A stretch of 64,000 nucleotides of DNA from an uncultured Dehalococcoidia bacterium (GTDB lineage: Bacteria > Chloroflexota > Dehalococcoidia > Lucifugimonadales > UBA3495): the NCBI GenBank assembly GCA_964343075.1, contig CAYFGT010000001.1, positions 1,323-65,322 on the forward strand, written 5' to 3'. Position numbers and translations under genes: made by a program. Shown one piece after another: positions 19,832 through 28,797 of the stretch. Below the pieces are notes generated by a model. The model worked only from the letters and a program-made list of their open reading frames with translations. It had not been told where the DNA came from and did no database searches. Within the stretch, counting starts at the first letter, position 1; each line of letters begins with the position of its first letter.

Positions 19832-20827
19832 TTAAACCAGATGTGTTGGGGATCCTTCTGCTACTACATATAACGGAGTGCCTAGCGCAAATGATTCGAG
19901 GTTCTCAATCGTCATCTCTAATCCTTTCATCGTTGCGGCCTCAGCCATTCCTCCCACATGAGGAGATATAACTACATTAGAGAGCTTAGTTAAAGGATGG
20001 TTAGCTGGTAAAGGTTCTTGAGGGAAGACATCTAGCCCGGCTCCTAATATTCGATTACTACTTAATGCTGCTATGAGTGCATCTTGATTGACTACATCCC
20101 CTCTCGCTGTGTTTATTAGAATGCACGTTTCTTTCATTAGCTTGAATTCTCGCTCTCCAATCATATTTATAGATTCGGAAGTGGCTGGTATGTGAAGAGA
20201 GATGACATCAGAAACAGTGAGCAACTCGTCAAAATCTATAAATTTCACTCCGTACTTCTCGGCTCTATCTGGACTTGGATTGAAGGTCCAAGCTACAACA
20301 TTCATTCCGAGCGCTTTCCCTAATTCGATCATTCTTTGGCCTATCGCACCAGTACCGATTACACCTAGAGTTTTGTTGTAAAATTCATTAACGTATCCTG
20401 CGGTCCATCCACCATCGACCACTCGATTGTGATTAGATACGATTTGCCTGCCTACTGCTAACCCTAAGGATAATGCTTGTTCAGCAACATAAGGTGCTCC
20501 ATACGCGGGTGTATTGCTAACCCATATGCCTTGTGATTCAGCAAATTTAAGATCTACATGGTTAACCCCTGTTCCCCACACAGATATCAATTTGAGGCCA
20601 CTACAATTACTTAGAACATGTTGGTTGAATTGCACGCTGCCCCGTATATTTATAATCGCATCGGCATCTTTAATAAGGTCGATTGTGTCTTGGTCAGTAG
20701 TAGGTCTACTTGTGTGCCATTCGACTGTATCGGCAAGTTCGTATACTCGTTGTGCTAAGTCAGTAGTTTGCAGCACTACCGGTTCATCATCTGGGACTAC
20801 TATCAGTTTGAAGGGTTTTTCAGGCAT
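19832..20827 (-). CDS. D-isomer-specific 2-hydroxyacid dehydrogenase (glyoxylate/hydroxypyruvate reductase or PGDH-like)
   Basis: GVIGTGAIGQRM NAD-binding fold. Catalytic context NTARGDVV...DVFPQEP...SPHVGG. Confidence 0.9.
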   Translation of the reverse strand: MPEKPFKLIVVPDDEPVVLQTTDLAQRVYELADTVEWHTSRPTTDQDTIDLIKDADAIINIRGSVQFNQHVLSNCSGLKLISVWGTGVNHVDLKFAESQGIWVSNTPAYGAPYVAEQALSLGLAVGRQIVSNHNRVVDGGWTAGYVNEFYNKTLGVIGTGAIGQRMIELGKALGMNVVAWTFNPSPDRAEKYGVKFIDFDELLTVSDVISLHIPATSESINMIGEREFKLMKETCILINTARGDVVNQDALIAALSSNRILGAGLDVFPQEPLPANHPLTKLSNVVISPHVGGMAEAATMKGLEMTIENLESFALGTPLYVVAEGSPTHLV

Positions 20828-21013
20828 TATTTTTCTCTCTTAGTTGTATTAAATGATGTTGCTTATAATACATTAGTGTATGGGGGCCTGCCAAATTTGT
20901 TGATTAAATTCAAACGATAAATTTAGAATCACACGGAATCCACAGCGTACCAACATTGTTTGGTTTTAGGTCGGATATTAGAATTTTCAGATACAACATT
21001 TCCAGAGAAATAA

Positions 21014-21838
21014 ATGAAGATAGTCCGGTATAAAATCGACAAATCCATAAAATATGGCGCTCTTTCAGGCAATGAAGTTATCGAACTTCGTGGTAGTGTG
21101 TATTCAATGTTCAGGCAAACCTTTATTAAACACTCAGTGTCAGACATTCAAATCTTGTGCCCAGTGAAACCAAACCAAATATGGGGGCCGAAATATAACC
21201 TTCAGAAAAGTGATGAAGGTTATATTACTACTGAATATGGATTGGATCCTTGGCTAAAAGGAAGTAATGCAATTTGTGGGCCAAATGAGTCCATCGTAAT
21301 AGAGAATAATTTATTCAATAAAATTGGGGTTACTAGTTCCTTGGTGGCAGTGATTGGTAAGCAGTGTAAAAAGATTAATTCAAAGAACATATCTAAGTAT
21401 ATTTTGGGATACACTTGCGGAATAGACGTTGCCAGTAAGCGGACTGAGCCGAACAAAAGTACGAGATGGCGGGCTAAATCATCAGATAACTTTTCCCCAG
21501 TTGGGCCATATTTAGAAACCGAATTTGATGTTCAGAGATTTTCAGTTGCCATGGATATAAATGGATCAAAGATTCAACGTTTTACCGTGGCGGATTTACC
21601 GTATTCGCCTTATGAAATTGTTAGTCAGATCAGCCAAGAAGCTACGTTGCAGCCTGGAGACCTTGTCTTTTTGGGTGGGCCAGAGCCTTACACTTCAGTC
21701 CAGTACGGTGACGAAGTTAGTTGTAGTATTGAAGGAATTGGAGTACTACATAGTCGGATGGTAGAAGAGTATGTGAGTAAAAGGCCGACTGAGGTAACTT
21801 CAGGTCAACAAACTAGACAACGCAAATTGGTGATCTGA
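21014..21838 (+). CDS. fumarylacetoacetate hydrolase (FAH)-fold protein with degenerate active-site motifs
   Basis: N-terminal MKIVRYK...YGAL and a C-terminal half collinear with the FAH family (..VAVIGK.., ..INGSKIQ.., ..QPGDLVFLGG..). The canonical E-x-E and GTPxG motifs are not conserved. The 3' end overlaps the convergent M16 gene by 39 nt. Confidence 0.75.
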   Translation: MKIVRYKIDKSIKYGALSGNEVIELRGSVYSMFRQTFIKHSVSDIQILCPVKPNQIWGPKYNLQKSDEGYITTEYGLDPWLKGSNAICGPNESIVIENNLFNKIGVTSSLVAVIGKQCKKINSKNISKYILGYTCGIDVASKRTEPNKSTRWRAKSSDNFSPVGPYLETEFDVQRFSVAMDINGSKIQRFTVADLPYSPYEIVSQISQEATLQPGDLVFLGGPEPYTSVQYGDEVSCSIEGIGVLHSRMVEEYVSKRPTEVTSGQQTRQRKLVI

Positions 21839-23080
21839 AATATCTGTCCCTCCGACAGATAAAAATTTGGGAGTATTTTTGATTAATACACTCGCATTAT
21901 CGTGGAGTTCCTCAAGTGTGAATTTATCCCATTGGGCTATCAAGGTGTTGAAGTCCAAGAGTTCTCCAGACAACAGTGTACGGATAGCTAGGAAAGACGA
22001 CAGCCTTTCAGTGTCTTCCATGGTAAGAAGCAATTTACCTTTGGCAAATTGTTTGACGTTGGTTAGTTCTTCGTAGGTGATAGACTCGGGAACTGAATGT
22101 AATTCATCCAAAATTGCTTCGATGGCAGCTATACAATTAGATTGTTTCACACTACAGTTTATTATCCAGGTCCCGGTATCAACATAATTACTCGTAGAGC
22201 TAGATATATCATATGCTAGTCCTAGTCGTTCTCGAATTTTCACGAATAATCTACTGCTCATGCCTTCGCCGAGAATTATGTTTGTCAGATTTAGTAAAGG
22301 AGCTAATGGGTCGGTAAGCTTTAGGCCTTTTAGCCCTAGATTGATATATGTGTGATCAGATTCCTGATCGAATGTAATAAGCTGGTGGGTTTCTGGATGC
22401 TTCATGGAAGCAACATCAAAATTATGTGAATCTAAACATGTCCATCTTTTGCATGCGTCTGCGACTTCATTCAGTAATTCCGCTTCTTGGAAATTCCCTA
22501 CTGCAGTGAGTATCATTTTAGTCGGATTGTAGCGAGAGACAAAGTATTGTTGTATATCTTGATGATTAAGCTCTTCTAAAGACTCATGACTGCCAATGAT
22601 TTCCATCCCCATGGGATGATCAGGGAACATTATCTGCTCGATCCCAAGGTCAGCACGGTATGATGGCTGATCTGTGTACATTCGAAGTTCTTCGTGGATT
22701 ACTCCTCGCTCACGGTTTATTTCTTCTGGATCTATTAGCGGGTTAATACACATATCCAGTAGTACATTCGTGGCCATTTTCCATTCGGTATAAGGAACTT
22801 TAGACCAGTACATAGTGTATTCTTTGGAAGTAATTGCATTGATGTCGCCTCCGCAGTTTTCTATAGTCCCACTCAATTGTTCTGGAGTTGGCCATTGTTT
22901 TGTTCCTTTGAATAATATGTGTTCTATAAAATGTGATAGTCCTGCATTTTCTAAGGCTTCATATTTGGAACCAGCCTCCACACATACATTCACTGATACT
23001 GAGGTAGACCCGAGTGTGGGATATGTAATAACCCGTAAACCATTATCGAGGGTGGTGAGATTAGGTGTTTCCCAGTCCAT
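21800..23080 (-). CDS. M16 (pitrilysin/insulinase) family zinc peptidase
   Basis: HxxEH zinc motif in GLSHFIEHILFKGT, plus a downstream Glu (...EELRMY). 426 aa. Confidence 0.9.
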   Translation of the reverse strand: MDWETPNLTTLDNGLRVITYPTLGSTSVSVNVCVEAGSKYEALENAGLSHFIEHILFKGTKQWPTPEQLSGTIENCGGDINAITSKEYTMYWSKVPYTEWKMATNVLLDMCINPLIDPEEINRERGVIHEELRMYTDQPSYRADLGIEQIMFPDHPMGMEIIGSHESLEELNHQDIQQYFVSRYNPTKMILTAVGNFQEAELLNEVADACKRWTCLDSHNFDVASMKHPETHQLITFDQESDHTYINLGLKGLKLTDPLAPLLNLTNIILGEGMSSRLFVKIRERLGLAYDISSSTSNYVDTGTWIINCSVKQSNCIAAIEAILDELHSVPESITYEELTNVKQFAKGKLLLTMEDTERLSSFLAIRTLLSGELLDFNTLIAQWDKFTLEELHDNASVLIKNTPKFLSVGGTDISDHQFALSSLLT

Positions 23081-23724
23081 TAACTGTTTAACCAGCTAAC
23101 ATCTCCACATAAATCTGGGGAGTGGGTTTTTGATTCGAATATCATGAACTGTTCCAGAGATTCTTCAATCGAAGTATTTCCGCCATGTCCTGGATATACG
23201 TCCACTTCTGGCGGCAAAACTAGTAGTTTGTCTTTGATACTTGTTATTTCTAATTGGAATGCTTCAGGATCTCTTGATTTCCCTGGTCCTCCGGGGAATA
23301 AGGTATCCCCTGAAAATAAGTGATTCCCAAGTAGGAAACAAGTGGATCCATCGGTATGTCCTGGCGTAAATATACATGTTAATTCGAGATTGCCAAATGG
23401 AATCTTTTGACCATCTGTTACAGTGATGTCCGGAGTTCGTGGAAGTAAGTTAGCATCACCTTGATGGCAGTGCACCGGAGCTCGTGTTGCATCTGTGATC
23501 TCATTAAAGCCCAAGAGATGGTCCTGATGACCATGCGTAATTAGTATCGCTACTATTTTGGTGTCTTCGATCTCTTCAATGAGTTTTTCTGGTTCAGCTG
23601 GAGTGTCTATAATAATTCCTTCGTTGGTCTCATTGCATTTAACTAAATAGCCATTGTTAGAATAGGGCCCCATGTTGATTTGAGTTATAGTAGCTTTGAT
23701 ATTTTCGTCTTGATAAATATTCAT
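23080..23724 (-). CDS. MBL-fold metallo-hydrolase (glyoxalase II-like)
   Basis: ILITHGHQDHLLG (HxHxDH), then ...TPGHTDGS... and ...YPGHG. 1-nt overlap with the downstream M16 gene. Confidence 0.9.
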   Translation of the reverse strand: MNIYQDENIKATITQINMGPYSNNGYLVKCNETNEGIIIDTPAEPEKLIEEIEDTKIVAILITHGHQDHLLGFNEITDATRAPVHCHQGDANLLPRTPDITVTDGQKIPFGNLELTCIFTPGHTDGSTCFLLGNHLFSGDTLFPGGPGKSRDPEAFQLEITSIKDKLLVLPPEVDVYPGHGGNTSIEESLEQFMIFESKTHSPDLCGDVSWLNS

Positions 23725-23747
23725 TATTTTATCTCCTAAAACGGATT

Positions 23748-26630
23748 TTAAACTTGCGGTTGGTAGTTGGCCTCTAAGACTTCTTTCAAAAACACTCCAG
23801 TTTTTGAAAGTTCGTTTTGACTAAGTTCTTCTGGCGTACCTTGCCCCACAATGTTTCCACCTTTGTCACCAGCTGCTGGGCCTAAGTCGATTACCCAATC
23901 ACAGTTCTTGATTATATCCATATTGTGCTCAATAAGTAATATGCTATTCCCTTGCTCCACCAAAGAGTGCAATACTTTAATTAATTTGTTGCAGTCATCA
24001 AATGATAGTCCCGTCGTAGGTTCGTCTAGCATATAAAAAGTTCTCCCGGTGGATCTTTTAGATAGCTCGGAAGATAATTTAATTCTCTGTGCCTCTCCTC
24101 CGGAAAGCGTTGTGGCGGATTGTCCAAGTTTAATGTAGCCTAAGCCAACTGCTTGCATTGTTTCTAGCTTGCTACGTATTCTGGGCAACCTATCAAAAAC
24201 CTGGATAGCTTCGTCAACGGTCATATTTAGAACATCAGATATGTTATACCCACGATACTCGATTTGAAGAGCATCATTGTTGTAGCGAGCTCCATTACAT
24301 GAAGCACATGGAATGTTGACATCTGGTAGGAATTGCATTTCGATGTTTATATGGCCAGCTCCTTCACAAGATTCACATCTACCACCCTTCACGTTGAAGG
24401 AAAATCTACCAGGTTTATACCCTCGTATTTTAGACTCAGGTAGTTGAGCATATAACTCTCTCATAGGTGTAAATAGCCCGGTATAGGTTGCGGGGTTGCT
24501 CCTAGGAGTTCTACCAATAGGTGACTGATCTATATTGATAATCTTATCTATAAATTCGGTTCCTTCTATTTTTTTGAATTTACCTGGTAGATCTTTTGAA
24601 GAATTGATTTTTTGTGCCAGAGCTTTATATATTGTTTCAAATGCTAGGGTACTTTTCCCTGACCCAGATACACCTGTGATACAAGTTAGTGTCCCTAATG
24701 GTATTGAAGTTCCTACGTCTTTTAAGTTATTGGCTGAGCAGCCAGAGATACTTATTAAATCACCGTTGCCTTTACGCCTTTCTTTTGGGTACTCTATAAT
24801 TTTTGCTTTGCTAAGATATTGTCCTGTAAGTGATTTTGTGTTCTGTTTGATTTGTTCAATAGTGCCTGTTGCCACAACATTACCGCCGTACTCACCTGCA
24901 CCTGGACCCATATCTACAATGAAGTCTGAAGCTTTCATCATGTTTTCGTCATGTTCAACTACAATTACGGTGTTACCCAAATTTTTTAGATCTTGTAAGG
25001 TTCCTATAAGCAAAGAGTCATCGTAAGGATGTAATCCTATTGTAGGTTCATCACAGACATATAATACACCGGTTAGTCCCGACCCAATTTGGGTGGCTAA
25101 TCTAACTCTTTGTGCCTCTCCTCCAGATAATGTCTTGGCCGTGCGATTTAGGCTAATATAATCAAGTCCGATATTTTGTAGAAATCTCAACCTTACTAGG
25201 ATTTCTCGTATTATGGGTTCGGCTATCATACTGTCGTAGTCCGAAAGGGAGGAGGATGGATTGTCAGAGACGGTTAGTGATTCAACCCATTGTAATAGTT
25301 CTCCAATACTTGCATTACTAACTTCCATAATGTTTTTACCCAAAACCGTTACAGCCAACACCTCTTCTTTAAGCCTATTACCATTGCATGTACTGCATGT
25401 TTTTTCTGCCATATATCTTTCGATACGACTCCGTATAGATTCTGATTCAGTGTCTTTATAACGGCGTTCCAGGTTTTTAACTATTCCGTCAAACGTCACA
25501 TCCCAAATGTATGTTTTCCCTCTTCTTGTGTGATGAGTTATTTGTATTTTCTCGGAACTATCCCCATGCATGAGCAATTCTACAACGTTATCAGGCAGAT
25601 CTTTCACAGGAACGCTTAGGTCGAACTTGTATTTGTCTGATAGGCTTGTAAGTAAATTTTTATACCAAATAGAGGTTGACTTACCCAAACGAGACCATGG
25701 TGTTATAGCTCCTTCCAGCAATGAGATTTCTCTATTGGGTATTACTAATTCGGGCTCAACGGAAAGGTTGTAGCCTAGACCGGAGCATGTATCGCAAGCG
25801 CCATGTGGGCTATTAAAACTAAAAGTCCTAGGTTCCATTTCCTGCAGGCTTATGTCGCAGCTAACGCAGGCGAATCTTTCAGAATATATAATGTCATCAT
25901 TGGAGCCAATATTGGCTACTAGTGTTCCTAATCCTTCTCTAAGCGAGGTTTCAACAGATTCTGTTATTCTGCTTCGTTCTATCCCGTTTTTGATTACCAA
26001 TCGATCTATTACAATTTCTAAATTGTGCCATTTGTTGCGTTCAAGGGAGATGCTTTCGATATCGTCTAGAGGTGTAATGTCACCATCTATTCGCATCCTT
26101 ACGAATCCATTTTTTTGAGCCTCTTCAAGTACTTCTTTATGCACTCCTTTCTTATGTACAACCTTGGGAGCAAGCAGTGTTAATCGAGTGTTATCAGGTA
26201 AATTGAGTAAGGACTCAGTAATTTGTTGGATAGTTTGTTTGGTAACAGGTTTACCACATTTGTGACAGTGAGGTTTCCCCGTGCGAGCGAATAATAGTCT
26301 TAAATAATCGTAAATTTCAGTGACAGTTCCAACTGTAGATCTAGGATTATGCGAAACGCCTTTTTGGTCTATAGAGATTGATGGAGATAGGCCTTCAATA
26401 TATTCTACATTTGGTTTTTCCATTCTCCCCAAAAATTGCCGTGCATAGGCCGATAATGACTCTACATATCGTCTTTGACCTTCTGCATAAATGGTGTCGA
26501 ACGCAAGTGAGCTTTTGCCTGATCCAGAAACACCAGTGATTACGACAAGTTGGTCTTTGGGGATCTCTACCGAGACATCTTTGAGATTGTGTTCTTTTGC
26601 ACCTTTGACTTTTATGTATTTTTGAGCCAC
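23748..26630 (-). CDS. uvrA: excinuclease ABC subunit A
   Basis: 960 aa. Two GVSGSGKS Walker A sites, LSGGEAQR signatures and Cys4 zinc modules. GTG start. Confidence 0.97.
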   Translation of the reverse strand: MAQKYIKVKGAKEHNLKDVSVEIPKDQLVVITGVSGSGKSSLAFDTIYAEGQRRYVESLSAYARQFLGRMEKPNVEYIEGLSPSISIDQKGVSHNPRSTVGTVTEIYDYLRLLFARTGKPHCHKCGKPVTKQTIQQITESLLNLPDNTRLTLLAPKVVHKKGVHKEVLEEAQKNGFVRMRIDGDITPLDDIESISLERNKWHNLEIVIDRLVIKNGIERSRITESVETSLREGLGTLVANIGSNDDIIYSERFACVSCDISLQEMEPRTFSFNSPHGACDTCSGLGYNLSVEPELVIPNREISLLEGAITPWSRLGKSTSIWYKNLLTSLSDKYKFDLSVPVKDLPDNVVELLMHGDSSEKIQITHHTRRGKTYIWDVTFDGIVKNLERRYKDTESESIRSRIERYMAEKTCSTCNGNRLKEEVLAVTVLGKNIMEVSNASIGELLQWVESLTVSDNPSSSLSDYDSMIAEPIIREILVRLRFLQNIGLDYISLNRTAKTLSGGEAQRVRLATQIGSGLTGVLYVCDEPTIGLHPYDDSLLIGTLQDLKNLGNTVIVVEHDENMMKASDFIVDMGPGAGEYGGNVVATGTIEQIKQNTKSLTGQYLSKAKIIEYPKERRKGNGDLISISGCSANNLKDVGTSIPLGTLTCITGVSGSGKSTLAFETIYKALAQKINSSKDLPGKFKKIEGTEFIDKIINIDQSPIGRTPRSNPATYTGLFTPMRELYAQLPESKIRGYKPGRFSFNVKGGRCESCEGAGHINIEMQFLPDVNIPCASCNGARYNNDALQIEYRGYNISDVLNMTVDEAIQVFDRLPRIRSKLETMQAVGLGYIKLGQSATTLSGGEAQRIKLSSELSKRSTGRTFYMLDEPTTGLSFDDCNKLIKVLHSLVEQGNSILLIEHNMDIIKNCDWVIDLGPAAGDKGGNIVGQGTPEELSQNELSKTGVFLKEVLEANYQPQV

Positions 26631-26650
26631 TAATCGTTCCTTTCGATACC

Positions 26651-27073
26651 TTAGGATTGCCTAAAACTCATCAGAGGCTGGTTGCTTAAGACGGCTTCCA
26701 TGGGCTGAATGTGAATGGATTCAATGATTCCATCGACGGGAGAAATGATGTTTTGTTCCATTTTCATAGCTTCTATTGTACATAATAGCTCTCCTACAGA
26801 TACCGATTGGCCTGGTTCAACGCAAATAGCAATGACTTTGCCGGACATTTGTGCATGAATTACAGAGGTTTTATCATTTGGTCCCAATATAGGATGGTTT
26901 CTTGAATTATCTCTGGGCTCAGACAGATCTGTATGTACTTCTTGAGAAGGGATTAGTGGCAGATCATATAATGTATTATTTATGGAAATTTGGATAAAAT
27001 CTGGCCTGATGTTGGTTACTGCTATTTCATAGTTTTCGCCATTGATGCTGATGTTTAATTGATAGCTAGTCAT
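26651..27073 (-). CDS. biotin/lipoyl attachment domain protein (small biotin carboxyl carrier-type subunit)
   Basis: 140 aa. The C-terminal domain carries the EAMKM biotinylation motif (CTIEAMKMEQNIISPVDG). The N-terminal YQLNISINGENYEIAV resembles 1.3S/BCCP-type subunits. 8-nt overlap with recO. Confidence 0.8.
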   Translation of the reverse strand: MTSYQLNISINGENYEIAVTNIRPDFIQISINNTLYDLPLIPSQEVHTDLSEPRDNSRNHPILGPNDKTSVIHAQMSGKVIAICVEPGQSVSVGELLCTIEAMKMEQNIISPVDGIIESIHIQPMEAVLSNQPLMSFRQS

Positions 27074-27866
27074 TGTTATCCTTTTCAGACTCGTTGTTTG
27101 CGCTAGTGTTTTGTAAGATTCTTAGGTGTTCAACGAAGCCAGATGAATTTAGATCTTTTTCTAACCAGAATATAATAGTCTCCAGTAACAAGGTTTTCAA
27201 TTCGAAATATGTTTCTTTTCTGATTTTTAATCCAGAATGCTGAGCTACTGGATAGAGGTTGAAATGCCGTAAAATTTTCATGCCTGATAAGGATAACGGT
27301 AAAGTCTCTCTTGAATTGGAACACGATAGGCAAACCACGCCGCCTCTATTAGGACTATATCTATTCTCTGTAGGTTTTATTTCGGCTTCACAAATAACGC
27401 AATTGAATAATTCAGGCAAAAAACCAGAGAATTTCAAGATTTGGAATTCGAAATTGAGTAAACCTAGTTCAGGGCTGTCGGATTTAGATAAAACATCTAA
27501 GGTTTTTAGTCCTATCTCAAATATTTGTCTGTTAGGTTCCCTCTCAGGAGTGAATTGGTCTATCAACTCAGATATGTAAATTCCATGGGCAAGTTTATGG
27601 AGGTCGTCATACAGTTGCGGGTAAGCTTTGTCGGTTTGTACTTGTGTGACGGTGTCTAATGACTTACCTTTCGCCAATTGGACATTAACAACGGTAAGTG
27701 GTTCTATGTGACCTGAAAATTTGCTCTGTAATTTACGAGCGCCTTTTGCAATTGCTTGTACTTTTCCATGATCTTTTGTAAGCATTGTAACGATGAGGTC
27801 AGCTTCTTGGTATGGGAAATATTTTAATACCAACGCCGGATTGGTAAATGTCTTATACGAGGTCAT
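27066..27866 (-). CDS. recO: DNA repair protein RecO
   Basis: N-terminal OB fold (ALVLKYFPYQEADLIVTMLT...GKV.AIAKGARK). Zn motif CVICEAE...VVCLSC. Confidence 0.85.
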   Translation of the reverse strand: MTSYKTFTNPALVLKYFPYQEADLIVTMLTKDHGKVQAIAKGARKLQSKFSGHIEPLTVVNVQLAKGKSLDTVTQVQTDKAYPQLYDDLHKLAHGIYISELIDQFTPEREPNRQIFEIGLKTLDVLSKSDSPELGLLNFEFQILKFSGFLPELFNCVICEAEIKPTENRYSPNRGGVVCLSCSNSRETLPLSLSGMKILRHFNLYPVAQHSGLKIRKETYFELKTLLLETIIFWLEKDLNSSGFVEHLRILQNTSANNESEKDNND

Positions 27867-28492
27867 TCAGTAAACTGTTGTCTACCCTGGAATGCACGAC
27901 TCAATGTTATATCGTCAGAATATTCTAATGATCCCCCGATAGGTAGTCCTCTGGCTAGGTGGGTTATAACAAGGCCTTCTTTTTTGTTATTGTTACTTAT
28001 ATATAATGCAGTCGCTTCTCCTTGGAGGGTTGGATTTGTTGCGATTATCATCTCAGTGATATTTTCTTCCTCTAGTCGATGGAATAATTGAGGTATTCGG
28101 AGTTGTTCGGGCCCGATCCCATTTAAAGGTGAGATGGAGCCATGGAGAACATGGTACAAACCTTTAAAACAATTTGATTTTTCTATAGCAACAACATCCA
28201 TAGGGTCTTCCACAACGCAAAGTTGATTCAAATTCCTGTTAGGGTTGCTGCAAATGTAACAAGGGTCGTAATCAGATAGATTTTGGCATTTTGAGCAGTA
28301 AATTATTTTGGTTATCACTGCTGAGATTGCTTCAGCTAATTGTTGATTGGTTTGGTCTGGTTGCCTAACTATATGGTAAGCTAGCCTTTGAGCTGTTTTA
28401 GGTCCTATCCCTGGTAATTTACCTAATTCTTCTATTAAAATGCCCAACGAGTCGGATGTATTATTATATAGGTTCATTTCATTACCTATCAT
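27863..28492 (-). CDS. recR: recombination protein RecR
   Basis: LPGIGPKTAQRLAYH helix-hairpin-helix, a C4 zinc finger (CSKCQNLSDYDPCYIC) and a Toprim region. The start may be ATG 28477. Confidence 0.95.
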   Translation of the reverse strand: MIGNEMNLYNNTSDSLGILIEELGKLPGIGPKTAQRLAYHIVRQPDQTNQQLAEAISAVITKIIYCSKCQNLSDYDPCYICSNPNRNLNQLCVVEDPMDVVAIEKSNCFKGLYHVLHGSISPLNGIGPEQLRIPQLFHRLEEENITEMIIATNPTLQGEATALYISNNNKKEGLVITHLARGLPIGGSLEYSDDITLSRAFQGRQQFTE

Positions 28493-28497
28493 TGATC

Positions 28498-28797
28498 CTA
28501 TGTGAGACCTGGGATATTAAGGCCTCCGGTCACTGCACCCATTTTTTCAGAAGCTAGTTGTTGAGATTTTTCCATTGCATCATTGATTGCAGTCAAAACT
28601 AGGTCTTGTAGGAGCTCAACGTCTTCTGTGGCTTCCGGATCTATGATGACATTTTTAACTTCTTGTTTGCCTGTCATTTCTATCTTCACCACACCTCCTC
28701 CTGAGGTTCCTTCCACGCTAAGATTCTCTAACTCTTGTTGTACTTGGAGTAGTTTAGCTTGTAACTGTTGTGCCTGTTTCATCATGTTTCTATTCAT
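28498..28797 (-). CDS. ybaB: YbaB/EbfC family nucleoid-associated protein
   Basis: 99 aa. MMKQAQQLQAKL...GGGVVKIEMTGKQEV..V.IDP. Confidence 0.9.
   Translation of the reverse strand: MNRNMMKQAQQLQAKLLQVQQELENLSVEGTSGGGVVKIEMTGKQEVKNVIIDPEATEDVELLQDLVLTAINDAMEKSQQLASEKMGAVTGGLNIPGLT

Noticed and set aside
24535-25026. 163-aa plus-strand ORF inside uvrA. Similar long antisense ORFs occur at 35275-35808 (moeA), 47059-47595 (dxr), 51365-51835 (rpsB), 58494-59033 (cca) and 32806-33267 (PAC2 gene).
   Set aside because: All are fully embedded in genes with unambiguous homology on the opposite strand. They lack ribosome-binding sites and have low-complexity Ser/Leu/Ile/Phe-rich translations typical of AT-rich antisense frames.
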